64,000 bases of DNA from the human T2T-CHM13v2.0 reference genome, Homo sapiens. The notes under the pieces are model-generated. The model did not search any database and had not been told where the DNA came from. It worked only from the letters and a program-made list of their open reading frames with translations. Where the stretch lies: the NCBI RefSeq assembly GCF_009914755.1, contig NC_060928.1; one strand, 5' to 3'. The translations under genes and the position numbers were made by a program. Below are positions 14,888 to 28,876 of the stretch, piece by piece (within the stretch, counting starts at the first letter, position 1; the number at the start of each line of letters is the position of its first letter).

Positions 14888-15120
14888 ATTTTTTTTTTTT
14901 TTTATGGAGAGAGGATCTCGCTTTGTTGCCCAGGCTAGAATGCAGTGGCACAATCACAGCTCTCTCTACCTCCTGGGCTCAAGCAATCTTCCAATCTCAG
15001 CCTCTTGAGTACCTGGGACCACAGGTGTACCTCCATACCCAGATAATAATTTTTATTTTTTTGTGCAGGTGAGATCTCTCTACGTTGCCCAGGCTGATCT
15101 TGAACATCTAGGCCCAGGTG
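14888..15120 (-). mobile_element. Truncated AluJ
   Basis: Poly(T), cccaggctagaatgcagtggcacaatcacagctc, ctcctgggctcaagcaat; TSD aattgattttt. Confidence 0.85.
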
Positions 15121-15571
15121 ATGAATTGATTTTTTATGAAAGTGCCAAGAACACACACTGAGGAAAGCACAGTCCCCTTGATAAATGGTGTTGAGACAAC
15201 TAAATATCCACATGCCAAAGAAGGAAATTAGACCCTTATCTTGTACTATATTAAAAAATCAAAATGTAAGACCTGAAATTGTAAGAATATTGGAAGAAAA
15301 CATAGTGTAAAATATTCATGATGTGGGCTAGGCAATGATTTTTTTGGATATAAATCCAAAAACAAAAACAAAAGGAACAATAGACAAATGGGAATTCATC
15401 AAACTACGAAGTTTCTACACAGCCAAGGAAACAATCAACAAAGTGAAGACACAACCCACAGAATGGGAGAACATATTTGCAAACCAAAAATCTGAAAAAG
15501 GGTTAATATCCAAAAGATACAATGAACTCAAGCCAATAGAAGAAGACAAATTAATTATATTAAAAATCAGT

Positions 15572-15700
15572 GGGCTGGGCATGATAGCTCATGTCTGTAA
15601 GCCCAACATTTTGGGAGGCTGCAGCAGGAGGATCACTTGAGCCCAGGAATTCGGGACTGGACTGGATAACATAGAGAAACCTCATCTGTATATAAATTTT
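15572..15700 (+). mobile_element. FLAM / free left Alu monomer
   Basis: ggctgggcatgatagctcatg...ggatcacttgagcccagga with no right arm. Confidence 0.85.
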
Positions 15701-16699
15701 TAAAATAAAATAAGTAAATAAATAGGCTGGTATCTGACTAGATATTTCCCAAACAAGACATAGAAATGGCCAACATATTTAAGAAAAAATACTTAAAATA
15801 ACTAATCTTAAGAGAAATGTAAATTAAACCACCATGAGATATTACTTCATATCTGTTAGCATGGCTATTATTAAAAAGACAGAAGATAATAAGTGTTAGC
15901 CAGAATATGGGGAAAAACGAATCTTTGTACACTGTTGATAGAAATGTACGCTGGTGCAGCCATTATGAAAAACAGTATAGAGTTTCCTCAAAAATTAAAA
16001 ATAAAACTATGATATGATTCATTTATTCCTCACTGGGTATATAAACTAAATTAAATCTGTATATCAAAGAAATATCTGTACTCCCATGTTCATTGCAGCA
16101 TTATTCATGATAGCCAAAATATGGAAAAAAATTTAGGCTCCATCAACAGATGAATAGATTTCTAAAAACCTTGGCATATATGCACAATAGAATACTATTC
16201 AGACTTAAAAAAGAAAGGAATCTTGTCCCCTGTGACAACATGGATGACCCTTGAAAACATTGTGTTGAATAAAATAAGCCAGGCCCCAAAAGATAAATGA
16301 AATGATTTCATTTGTATGAGAAATCTAAACAAGCTGGATTCATAGAAGTAGAGAGTAGAATAGTCTGGAGGATGGGGGATTAGAGAGATGTTAAAGTATA
16401 TAAAATTTTAGTTACATCGGAATAAATTGACAATATCTATTGCACAACATGGTGACTATAGTTAATAGCAATGTATTGTATCCTTGTCAGTTGCTCAGAG
16501 AGTAGATTTTGTGTTCTCAACACACAAAAAAAATAAGTGTGTGAGATAATGTATATGTTAATTAGCTCAATTTAGCCATTCCATAATGTATTCATATTGC
16601 AAAAAACATATTGTACACAACAAATCAGTGCAATTTTTGTCAATTAAAAAATAACATGAGAAAGTATGCCATAAATATCTATAACTCAAAAACTTCTTA

Positions 16700-17490
16700 T
16701 AATACTAGCCCCTTTATCATCCCTCTAGATCAAGCCACCCTTTTTTTTTGCAAAATAATAGCAGTAGCCTTTTAATTCATAAACCAGCTTCTATTTTTCT
16801 CTTCTTCAGTCTACTCTTAAAACAACATTTAATCTCATTAAATCAGGAATTAGATTACAACAAATCTGAAATAAGTGTTTGTTTCATCTCAATTTGAGCC
16901 AATTCCATAGAATATAGGGTAATTATAAATCCAAGTTTGCCCACAAGACTACTGATTTACGTTTTTTGTCCTAATCCATATATTAAAAATGCTGCTTTTC
17001 ATTATATCAAATGTTCTATTAGATGATAAATGTATAGTTATTTGGTGAAATCCAATTACTGCTAATTTTCTCATCTTGTACCACTTTCTACCCCAACTAT
17101 TCAGCATCAGCACCATTCCCTACATGTCCTTGCCTCAAAGATTTTTACTTGCATCTTCCATTTTCTCTGCCTGGAACCCAAACATCTCTTGTCTGCATCT
17201 CTCATTTCCTCAAGATTTTTGATAAAATTTCAACTTATAAGTGAAAGCTTGTTTTATTTATAGTAACACTCTTTTCCTCACACTTCCACGCAATACACTC
17301 CATTCTCTAACTCTGCTTTATTTTTCCATGACAGATTATACTACCTTTTGACATGTAAAATGTTTGCTTATTTTTTCTCTTTACTCATCCTACTAGAATA
17401 GAATTACATTGAGAGCAGGAATTTGTACTTGTTCATTCAACTCCATTGGTGCCTGTCACATAATACATACTCAATAGAAATATGTTTAAT
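16700..17490 (+). mobile_element. L2 fragments, with a probable MIR piece at about 16820-17000
   Basis: L2 3' end tagaatagaattacattgagagcagga...gtgcctgtcacataatacatactcaatagaaatatgtttaat. Confidence 0.65.
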
Positions 17491-19834
17491 AAAAAAAAGG
17501 CCAACTATATCGAAGAATATTATGCATGAATGATAAAATTTATGTAAAATATTAATACATAAGGAAATGGTACTACATGCTAGTCCACACACAGCAAACT
17601 TTTGATGATAGTTTTTGAGGAAGAAGAAAAAAAGAAAAATATGACTGGGAGTGGTGTCAATGGTCATTTCAGCATTATCTGAAATATCTTTATTAACCTT
17701 TATTAACAAAAGATAGGGTAAGTATGAGCAGCTTGACAGTTTTAAATTCACGACAGTGGAAAAACTAATATTTTCTTATCATTCTTTGCACTTTTCTTTA
17801 TTTTGATTTCTTGAAGATGTTATATGTATCAATTATTATCCCTCTTATAAATTGAAAAGCAGAGAATTGTGATTTTTTTCTCATTCACTAGTTAATCATT
17901 TATAAAGTCTTTGAGAAGATGCAAATTGATTTGAAGAAAATGTTTATTAAACCAACATACCCTTTTGGATATTGCATTTAGTGAAAAATATTGAAGCTAA
18001 AATCATAAACTAGAAGTAAACAAATAAGGTTCCAGGGTGTTATTTTTCTCTGTAATTGAAAAAGTACCTTTTATTTTAAATTACATTAGCAATTCTTACT
18101 AAATTGCTCTCCTAGTGTTTGCTCCTGGCATAGCTCTTGCTAGCTCCTTACTTTCACCCATGTCTCTCTAACCCTTACTCAATAAGCTCCTTCTGTCATT
18201 TTCCTGAGCATGAAAGGAAAATCATATATTACTGAAGTCATTTAACTTCCAAGTCTTTTCCTCATGAAGGCAATAAACGTAAGACTCTGTTCCACCAATC
18301 TCACAGAACTGACATTCTGTTTGTGAAAAGAATTTTATGAATTCTAAATCATTATATGCTCATTAGGTCTCATCATTATTCTCTAGGAAAATAACAATTC
18401 TGCTAAAATTTAGTGATAATTTTTATAGGGGAGAAGATGTGAAAGAAAATTAAAGATAAATACAGGGGTTAATAGAGGTAGATTTTTCCATTGACCCTAA
18501 ATTAGTAATTAAACTAGTAACAGGAAATCCTCAGCGGAAGCTCCTCTACAGGTCTTTGACACAAACTTCTCTTTTATTCGCTTTCTTTGGTAGTAATGTA
18601 AGATAAATATGTTTCAGGTGACTCACAGAAAGTACTATATTTTAAATGTTTGTTTTTAATAACAATAATAAGGTATTTAAAAGGTTCCATTGATGGGAAC
18701 TTTACTTGAAAACAAATAATATAGAACCACAACTGGATACCATGTCATTGCCAATAAAAATAATTTCAGCAAACCTAGAAATGGTTTGGGATTTTTATCT
18801 TTTTATCTTTCTGATACTGAAGAATCTATAAAAATCAATCAAGCAACTCAAAAGAAATGAAAACTTTAAAGAAATTGTTTTTCAAGTATACACAGAAATA
18901 ATGAAAGATACCAAATTACATAGAAACATGTACATCGTAATCAGAAATACTTCAATTGGAGGCTACATTTTCAACAAATTACATTCTATGAAGAAAGGCT
19001 AAAATTATCACTAGATATGGTGATAATATCATTCTATCCAAAAAATAAAGCAGAATCTACTCTTTCAATGATTATTTTTTCTTTTTATGATTTAGTTTCT
19101 TTCTAGAATAAAAAAATATTTTGAATAGAATGAAGCAGTGATATGAAACAGAATGATAGCACACTAGCAGAAAACTGATTTTTATGCATGAAGATAGCCT
19201 GTGTAGTATTTTTGTCTTCATTTACAATCAATTCCACTCAAATAGCTGCATAGAATGACTACCATGTGCAAGACACATCATTACAAATAAAAGATTTCCT
19301 TGTCTTCAACTTTAAGATATCTTGTGACTAAAACTTTCCACAATTACAATCTATGTTTTCAACATTCAATAATTAGCTATAGTTATTCCAAAACTATTTC
19401 TAGAACTTGCCATATTGAAGCTTTAAACATGTGTATTTGAACTTCATTGTCACCCAGTTTATGTCTTCAGTATATGGAGTGATTTATCATTTGATATTAG
19501 TGAAAAATAATTTTTTTGTTTTTATCATCTGGTTTATAAGGCATCTACTACAAGGGGCTTGAAGTGCAGAGATTTGTCAGTTTGTCATTACATCCAAGGT
19601 GCCTATCATAGCACCAGATAGTAAGAAGGCACACTGAATTAATAAATGAACAAAGTACATTCCAAACTTTTATTGAAGTATTTAAAATACTTGATAAACG
19701 GAAAGATAATCCTTTCCAAGTTAATTTAGAGATTCCATCTAATTGTAATCTACTTTCCCATGAGGTCTTTCTAGAATTTTCCAAAGATTCTAAAAGTTAT
19801 ACAAAAAGAAAATAATAATTGCCAAGACATTTTA

Positions 19835-20220
<386 letters not shown>

Positions 20221-21147
20221 GCTTGACTAATGGTGAGATATTTCTTCTATATTAAAAGCTAAATTTACAATTATCCAAAAAAGTTATGGTAGATATATAT
20301 TAATAGCATAGAATAGTTAGCCTGATATATTAGAAATTATATATACAATAAAAGTAGCATCACTAGAGTAAAAAAAAAGTTTGACTTTTAAATATATTGT
20401 ACTGAAACAATTGGTTAACCACTTAGAAAAGATTAAATACTTTCTTCATACTTTATCTCAAAATATATTTCAAGTGGACTAAACAAATGCAACAAATAGA
20501 AACATTAAAACCTGCAGGCAAGTATTTGTTGAACTCTCAGAATGGACAGTAACTTTCGATTAATTTGTAAAGGAAGAAGGTCAACTGGTTTTAGTACATA
20601 CAATTTTAACACATCTATATGTCAAACTAATTAATAAAATTAAAAACAAATGACAAAGGTGAGGAAGACAACTTTAACAACTATGAAAGTTAACATATCC
20701 TTAATAAATATTGAGATATAAAATTAATTTTAAAAATAACTTTTCCACACCCAGTTAATCTACAATGACCATGATCAAATCACTCTCAAATGGGAAGTAA
20801 GTGATGAAGGCAACTATAAAAAATATCCAACATCACTAATGAAGAAATGTAAAATAAAATACCAGATATGATTTTCCACCTACTAAGTTTATAAACTTTT
20901 TTGCAAAATGATAATATTTCATTGTTCTGTGAAATCAGTGATACAAGCATTCTTATATCAGGCTAATGAAGAGACCACATTAACCTTACCCTTTGAGAAA
21001 GCACTTTTAACAGGGATAAGAGGATAGCGACATTTCCTTACATATGTGTAGAGCTTATGAAACCATGACATAATGTCATAGCTAAATATGCGCTGTCTGC
21101 AATCACAAAATAATTTCAAAACAAAACAATTTCTTCTATTTCTATAA

Positions 21148-21427
<280 letters not shown>

Positions 21428-21816
21428 AGATTAATATTTCTTAAAATTCTCCTTTTTTTCCCACTATCTGATCCCTTACTCTGAAAGGGAAAGCTGCCCT
21501 CTCCAACACATCATGAAAGAACTCACTATACCAGCCCAGCAGTATGTCCCTCTACACTTTCTTGCTGCCACCCTCCAATTCTGCACCAACAAAATAAAAA
21601 AAAATTAATGGATCTGGCAAATCAGGACATTAGGGAGAAGAGAGTGAGTCAAGAGAATTAAAGGAATAGAACTAGAATTTTCTTTCATTAGCTGGGTGGA
21701 TGAAAGACTTAGGAACACTCCTAAATTAATACTTTGTTCTATCACACAAAGGAAGCAATCAATATACTCCACAAGATTCTTGTACCAAGAAGGATCCACA
21801 TGCAGCATTTAAAGTC

Positions 21817-22207
21817 TGTCACATGCATCCGTGTGAAGAGACCACCAAAAAGGCCTTGTGTGAGCAATAAAGCTGTTTATTTCACCTGAGTGCAGATGGG
21901 CTGAGTCCAAAATGAGAGTCAGTGAAGGGAGATAGGGGTGGAGCTGTTTTATAGGATTTGAGTAGGTAGTAGAAAATTACCATCAAAGGGGGTTGTTCTC
22001 TGGCAGACAGGGGTGGGGATCACAAGGTACTCAATGGGGGAGCTTCTGAGCCAGGAGAAGAAATTTCACAAGATAATGTCATCAGTAAAGGCAGAAATTG
22101 GCCATTTTCACTTCTTTTGTGATTCTTCGCTTGCTTCAGGCCATCTGGATGTATATGTGCAGGTCACAGGGGATATGATGGCTTAGCTTGGGCTCAGAGG
22201 CCTGACA
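21817..22207 (-). mobile_element. HERV-H solo LTR (LTR7 family)
   Basis: Reverse complement begins TGTCAGGCCTCTGAGCCCAAGCTAAGCCATCATATCCCCTGTGACCTGCAC; TG...CA ends; 5-bp TSD aagtc/atgtc. Confidence 0.93.
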
Positions 22208-24355
22208 ATGTCTATGTCTATCAGTAGGTTAGAGATTAAGTAAATTATAAATCGTTCGCACAGAAAATATTATACAGTGATTAAAATGTATGTATTTGAA
22301 GAATAATTAATTACATGAGAAAAATCTAAGTAGAAAAAAACCAGAATAGAAAATGTATTTCCAATATGACAATATTTTTACAGGGAGAAAACTAAAAGAG
22401 GTACACCAAAAATGTTGCTATCATATTCTAGGCTTTTTCTTCTGATTCCTTGTACATTATGTATTTTCTAATGCTCTGGAAGTAAATGTATTTTATTTTA
22501 ATATTTTAAAGGTAAAATGAAAATATAGATAAATGATACTTTTGAATACTGGGTTTTATTTTCATCTCTGTATCCATACTGATATAAAAAAGGTGGCTAA
22601 CTGCCAGTCAATCCAAGTTACGAAGAAGTTAAAGCAGTAAATTTTCTTCCATTACATACAGTTAAGCATTAACATTCCTGTTGTTTTAATCTCTGCTATT
22701 AGTACAGCAGTGAGAGGAAACAGCATAATCATGAATCTAAACTCAGGATGATGACTGACAATCTGTTGGTTAAAGAAACTAATTTACCTAGCATAAGTCT
22801 AAAGAGGGACCAAAGAACTAATTTATCTTTTGATATGGTCCCAATTCTAAATGAGAGGAGAAATGGCAATGCATTAGTCTATGTCTCTGATGTCACAGTT
22901 CTAATTTAACATATTACTGAGAAGATAAATCTTTGAATACGTCTTGCATAAATAACATATTGTTGTAAGTCCGTTAATAAACCATGAACAATTAGCCTGG
23001 GAACCTCTAGCACTCTTTTTTTTTTTCATTTTATTCTTACAAAATATTAAGTATATGCAAATATTTAAAGAGTATATTTAGGGAATAAAAAAATAGTGAT
23101 GCATGGATGCTGACTTTTAAAGTCTCTGTGTAACCTTCTCTATTTAGCTGTAAATACGTTCCTAAATTTTGTATTAATTATGTGCTTACTTTTCTTTCTT
23201 GATTTACTAGATGTTTGTATCTCTAAAATTATTCTGTTTAGTTCTGAATGTTTTGAACTTTATATAATGAAATGTACTGTATTTATCTTTCTGTAATTTT
23301 TTCCTTGACTTGATTTTATGCCCCAGAGAGACTTCTTTGTTCACATATTGATAAAATAAATACAATATTTCTTTTCATTGGGTAGATATTATTCCATTTT
23401 AAGAACACAGCACATGTAATGTATCTTTTTTATTATTATCTTTCCTATTATTGATGGATTTGATTGGCGGATCTGAGTAATTTACTTTTTTTCTCTTTTT
23501 TTTTTTTTTTTGCTGTGACAAGCAATGTTGCTTTGACATCCTTTACATGCTTCATGGCACCCAGGAAAAATAGCTCCTAGCATATATATCTAGCATATAT
23601 ATCTAGAAGTGGAATTGTTGGGTCATGGGATAATTGATGTTTTCTAGAGGATTTTTACCTAAAAAATACTTGATTTATTTTATACATTGCTAGACTTTAT
23701 TTGCTGACATTTTTAAATTTTGATTCTAGGTTCATATCTCAAGTTAGCCTGTATGTTATTTATCTGTAATGTTCTTCTTAGGTTTTGATATCAATATTAT
23801 ATTAATATTACAAAAATGATCAGAAAAGTAATTGCTGTTTTTTTCCTTAAAAAAGCATTAAGGTGATCATTATCTGTTCTTGAATATTTTGTGGATATAT
23901 TTAATTAAACTACATGGACCTAAGGAGATTATAGTTTTAAAGTTTTAAACTAATGATTTACATTTTAACTGTCATAGGAATATTTTACCACCCAGGTACA
24001 ATATTTAATTGTAATAGGATTAATTTTTATAGAATTATATTATATAATTACTATTTATTATTATAGATTATTATAGTCTTTATGTTTCTTGAACACTTTA
24101 AGTTTTAAAATTATTGGAATTGATTTTTAATGGCAATGTATTTTTGTAAACTATTGTATCTCTAGTTACTTTAACATTTCATTCTTAACGTTTTTGTGCT
24201 TCTTTGCTTTTCCCATGATCAAACTTTTCAGAGAATCACCAATACAGTAAAGGGTACCAATCATTTTTTGGTACCCTTTACTGTATTTATGTTTTATGTC
24301 TTACTATATTTTTGATTAGTTTTCTTCCTTCTTCTATAACTTTTGGATTTACAAC

Positions 24356-26569
24356 CAATATGGTTTGGCTGTGTCCCCATCCAAATCTCATCTTCAATTC
24401 CCACATGTTGTGGGAGGGACTTGATGGGAGATAACTGAATCTTAGGGGCAGCCTTTCCTGTGCTGTTCTTCTGATAGTAAGTCTCATGAGATTTGATGGT
24501 TTTAAAAATGGGAGTTTCCATGCACAAGCTACCTCTCTGCCTGCTGCCATCCACCTAAGATGTGACTTCCTCCTCCTTGCCTTCTGCCATGATTGTGAGG
24601 CTTCCCCAGCCACGTGGAACTGTAAGTCCAATTAAACCTCTTTCTTTTGTGAATTGCCTAGTCTCAGGTATGTCTTTATCAGCGGCATGAAAACAGACTA
24701 CTACAGTAAATCGGTACCAGTGGAGCGAGGCACTGCCGGAAAGATACCCAAAAATGTGGAAGTGACTTTGGAACTAAGTAAAAGGCAGAGGTTTGAACAG
24801 TTTGGAGGGCTCAGAAGACAGGAAAATGTGGGAAAGTTTGGAACTTCCTAGAGACTTGTTGAATAGCTACCAAAAGCCTGATAATGATATGGACAATAAA
24901 GTCCAGGCTGAGGTGGTCTCAGATAGGGATTAGGAATTGTTGGGAACCGGAGCAAAGGTGACTCTTGTTATGTTTTAGCAAAGAGACTGGCAGCATCTTG
25001 CCCCTGCCCTAGAGATCTGTGGAAGTTTGAACTTGAAGAAAATGATTTAGGGTATCTGGAGGAAGAAATTTCTAAGCAACAAAGTATTCAAGGGGTGACT
25101 TCGGTGCTATTAAAGGCATTCAGTTTTATAAGAAAAGTAGAGCATAAAAAGTCAGAAAACTTGCACCCTGACAATGTGATAGGGAATAAAAAAACCATTT
25201 TCTGAGGAGAAATTCAAGCTGGCTGCAGATATTTGCATAAGTAATGAGGAGCCAAATGTTAATCCCAAATACAATGAGGAAAATGTCTCCAGGGCATTTC
25301 AGAGGTCTTCACAGCAGGCCCTCTCACTACAGGCCCAGCGGCCTAGGAGAAAATGGTTTTGTGGGCTGGGCCCAAGGTCTCCCTGCTGTGTGCAGTCTAG
25401 GGATTTGGGGCCCTGTGTCCCAGCCACTGTTGATTCAGAGGGTAGAAGTCTCAAGCCTTGGCAGCTTCCATGTGCTGTTGAGCCTGCAGATGCACAGAAG
25501 TCAAGAATTGAGGTTTGGGAACCTCTGCCTAGATTTCAGAAGATGTGTGGAAATGCCTGGATGCCTAGGCAAAGTTTGCTGCAGGGGTGGGACCCTCATG
25601 GAGAACCACTGCTAGGGCAGTGCAGAAGGGAAACGTGGGGTCAGAGCCCCACACAGAGTCCCTACTGGGGCACTGCCTAGTGGAGCTGTGAGAAGAGGGC
25701 CACCATCCTCCAGACCCCAGAATGGTAGACAGCTTGCACCATACACCTGGAAAAGCCAGACACTCAATGCCAGCCAGTGAAAGCAGCCAGGAAGAGGGCT
25801 ATACCCTGCCAAGTCACGGGGTGGAGCTACCCAGTGGACCATGGAAACCCACCTCTTGCGTCAGTGTGAGATGTGAGACATGGAGTCAAAGGTGATCATT
25901 TTGGAGCTTTAAGAATTTGACTGCCCTTCTGGATTTGGACTTGCATGGGGCCTGCGGCCCCTTTGTTTTGGCCAATGTCTTCCATTTGGAATGGCTGTAT
26001 TTATCCATTGCCTGTACCTCCAGTGAATCTAGGAAGTAACTAACTTGCTTTTGATCTTACAAGCTCATAGGTGGAAGGGACTTGCCTTTTCTCTGATGAG
26101 ACTTTGGACTGTAGACTTTTGAGTTAATGCTGAAATGAGTTAAGACTTTGGGAGACAGTTGGGAAGGCATGATTTTTTGAAATGTGAAGACATAAATTTA
26201 GGAGGGGCTGGGGTGGAATGATATGGTTTGGCTCTGTCCTCACCCACATGTCATCTTGAATTCCCCCACGTGTTGTGGGAGGGACCAAGAGGGAGGTAAC
26301 TGAATCACTGGGGCAGATCTTTCCCATGCTGTTCTGGTGGTTGTAAGTCTCACAAGATCTGATGGTTATTATAAGGGGGAGTTTTCCTGCACAAGCTCTC
26401 TCTTTGCCTGCCATCTATATAAGATGTGACTTGCTCCTCCTTGCCTCCTGCCATGATTGTGAGGCTTCCCCAGCCGCGTGGAACTGTAAGTCCAATTAAA
26501 CTTCTTTCTTCTGTAAATTGCCCAGTCTCAGGTATGTCTTTATTGGCAGTGTGAAAATGCACTCATACA
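24356..26569 (+). mobile_element. LTR-int-LTR THE1A (MaLR): 5'LTR 24356-24705, internal 24706-26218, 3'LTR 26219-26569
   Basis: Both LTRs start ..atatggtttggct and end ..taca; internal part starts gtaaatcggtacca and ends in a purine tract; perfect 5-bp TSD acaac (24351-24355 / 26570-26574). Confidence 0.95.
26297..26307 (+). promoter_or_regulatory. DUX4-type motif TAACTGAATCA in the THE1A 3' LTR
   Basis: Matches TAAYYBAATCA; the 5' LTR copy (24432-24442) is TAACTGAATCT. Binding not shown. Confidence 0.5.
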
Positions 26570-27784
26570 ACAACTTTGGTTTTTAACTTTTTAAATTGAT
26601 ACCTGCTTTATTCCTTTCCACCTTCTATTTTTCCTAATAGATATAACCAATGCTAATAACAATTTTTCCTTAGTTGTACACAAATTTTAATACTATGTGC
26701 TGTTTTGTTGTTGTTTACAGTTTTATATTTTTTTCTTAATTTGCATTTTAGGATTTTTTTCTTTGAACCGTAAGTTATCTATTTTCTGACACATATGTGT
26801 GTGTATGTGTATATCCATATGCGTGTGTGTATATGTAATATATATATATATCCAAAACTGTTAGTTGTATTGGTCAAATCTTCTACGTTTTTAAAATTTA
26901 TTATCTGCTTAACCTATTAGTTATTAATAGAAGTGAATTAAAACTAATGCTGGATTTTTAAACTTATCTTTATAATTTCTGCCAGTATTTGCTTTAAATA
27001 TTTTTGAACCTATATTATTAGGTGATTAAGTTTATTATTATTATTTTGGGGTGAAGTGAATACGAATATGGTCTAGAGGTATCTTTATGCTTTTTAATAC
27101 TTACTGTTTTGCTTTAAAGTCTATTTTGCCACATATGTTTATGTCAGCTTTTCTTTGGTTAATATTTACTTTGTGTATCATTTTTGCTATTTTTCTACTT
27201 TCAGTTTTTCTGTAGTTGTGATTTAGACTAAATAGCATTGTAATATATTCTGACAGTCCTTGTGTACCAAATAAAGAATTTACTCATTTTATATCTGAAA
27301 TAATATTCTAAGACTATTTTCTAACATTTTATTTTGGCACTTCAATTTCTTTCATCTTTTCTGTATTCTTTTTGCCCTTTTCTTTCATTTGAATTAATTA
27401 TTTTCTTCTCCCATTTATATTTGTCTACTAGATTGAATGTTATGCAATCTGTTTTTAGTTTTTAATAATTTACTTATACATGTTAACATGAGTAAAGTCT
27501 AAAGCTCTAAATGTAAAAAATAATAAAGAATCACAAATTAGTTAACATGGGAACATCTAAATAAATACTGACAGTAAAATAATAATTTATTTCAGGTTTT
27601 AAAATATACATATGTAATAAAATACACATATGTAATATGTAATAAAATACTGGAAAACAATAGCATACAAGTTGGGAAGATGGAATTATATGGAATTAGG
27701 TGTTCTGATTCTAACACATATATTATGAATTATGTATTATTTAAATATAAATTACATAACAGTATATAAGTCAAGATATCTCTG

Positions 27785-28535
27785 CGTAACCGTCTACCCA
27801 CAGTTAGTCAAATTCAAAGTTAAGGGCAAAATTCTCCACAAGACTGCCTTCACTTTAAATACTAGCCACAAGCTCAAAGATTCTCATGGCCACACTCACT
27901 TCTAACCAGTGGCTACAAAATAGGGATTCCAACAGCACTCTTAGTTTTAGTAATTCACTAGACCAATTCATAGAACTCAGCAAAGCTCCATACTTTTAAT
28001 TACAGTTTTATTATAGAAAAAAGAATCAAGTTAGAACTAGTCCAAATAAAGATAGATAAGGAGAAATCTGGAAGCGTTTCAAAAGTGAAACTACTATAGT
28101 CCTTGGGGACATGTTTGCCCTTCCAGCATTGAAGTATCATTATAAACAAAGAGGACTGTCAACCAGGAAGGTCATGTGAATTTTGGTCTATAACTTTTAT
28201 TACAGTTTCCTTACCTAGACATAATAGAATAATTGCCCATATGACTCAGGTTCAGCCTGCTAACTTGCCTGGAGATTGGGCTGATATTACATAACCTAAA
28301 CTTCTAATCACATGGTTTGTCTTTCTGGCGTGGCTAGACTTTATCCTAAGTCATCTCATTAACGTAAACCATCTAGGGCTCACCATGGGTCACCTCATAA
28401 GCATAAGCTATCATTTGTGGTCTGAGAGGTCCAACATAAATAATAACGACACTCCTATCACCCAGGAAATTCCAAGAACTCAGAGATTACCAATAACTGA
28501 AGACAAAAGCCAGCCAAATTATTTATTATATACTA
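27785..28535 (-). mobile_element. MER21-family LTR
   Basis: ccacaagactgccttcact...ggctacaaa...catagaactcagcaaagc...gacactcctatcacccaggaaattccaaga. Confidence 0.8.
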
Positions 28536-28539
28536 AGAG

Positions 28540-28876
28540 AATTTTTAAAAAATGTATAACTACTCAAAAAGAAAACAACATAAATAAAAATATAACATTA
28601 ATAAATTAAAAAGTAGAAGACAAAGGACACAAAATGAGAACACAGAAAAGGTAACACAAAAAGCAAAACTGCACTATGCTAGATTTGAACTTATATTTTC
28701 TAAATACTCAAATTGAGTGACAAAAAATGATATACCTAGACTTAAAAGAAAACTAACATGCAGTTTATAGGAGACATACATATAATGTAAGAATAGAGGA
28801 GAACTAAGAGTAAAAGAATAAAAAGAATTCTAACACTAATCAAAAGAATGTTTGTGTAGCTATATTAATATCAGGC
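28540..28876 (+). mobile_element. Old L1M fragment (inter-ORF / EN start)
   Basis: aacactaatcaaaagaa...gtagctatattaatatcaggcaaa. Confidence 0.6.

Larger units (their letters stand above)
12570..16655 (+). mobile_element. L1MA (L1MA4-like) ORF2 remnant to 3' end, with nested MST, AluJ and FLAM
   Basis: ORF2 peptides PPKKSQEPDGFTDEFYQTFKEE, DDMILYIENPK and [22 protein letters not shown]; L1MA 3'UTR tattgcacaacatggtgactatagttaat...ttgtcaattaaaaa. Confidence 0.9.
23015..27490 (-). mobile_element. Old L1ME/MD pieces interrupted by THE1A
   Basis: tctagaagtggaattgttgggtcat, ttctaggttcatatctcaagttagcctgt and ttgctttaaagtctattttg are reverse L1M motifs. Confidence 0.6.

Noticed and set aside
23577-23606. 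13-bp duplication ctagcatatatat
   Set aside because: Ordinary slippage in a TA-rich patch of L1M.
25244-25842. ORFs inside the THE1A internal region
   Set aside because: Fragmented MaLR internal sequence with stops and frameshifts.
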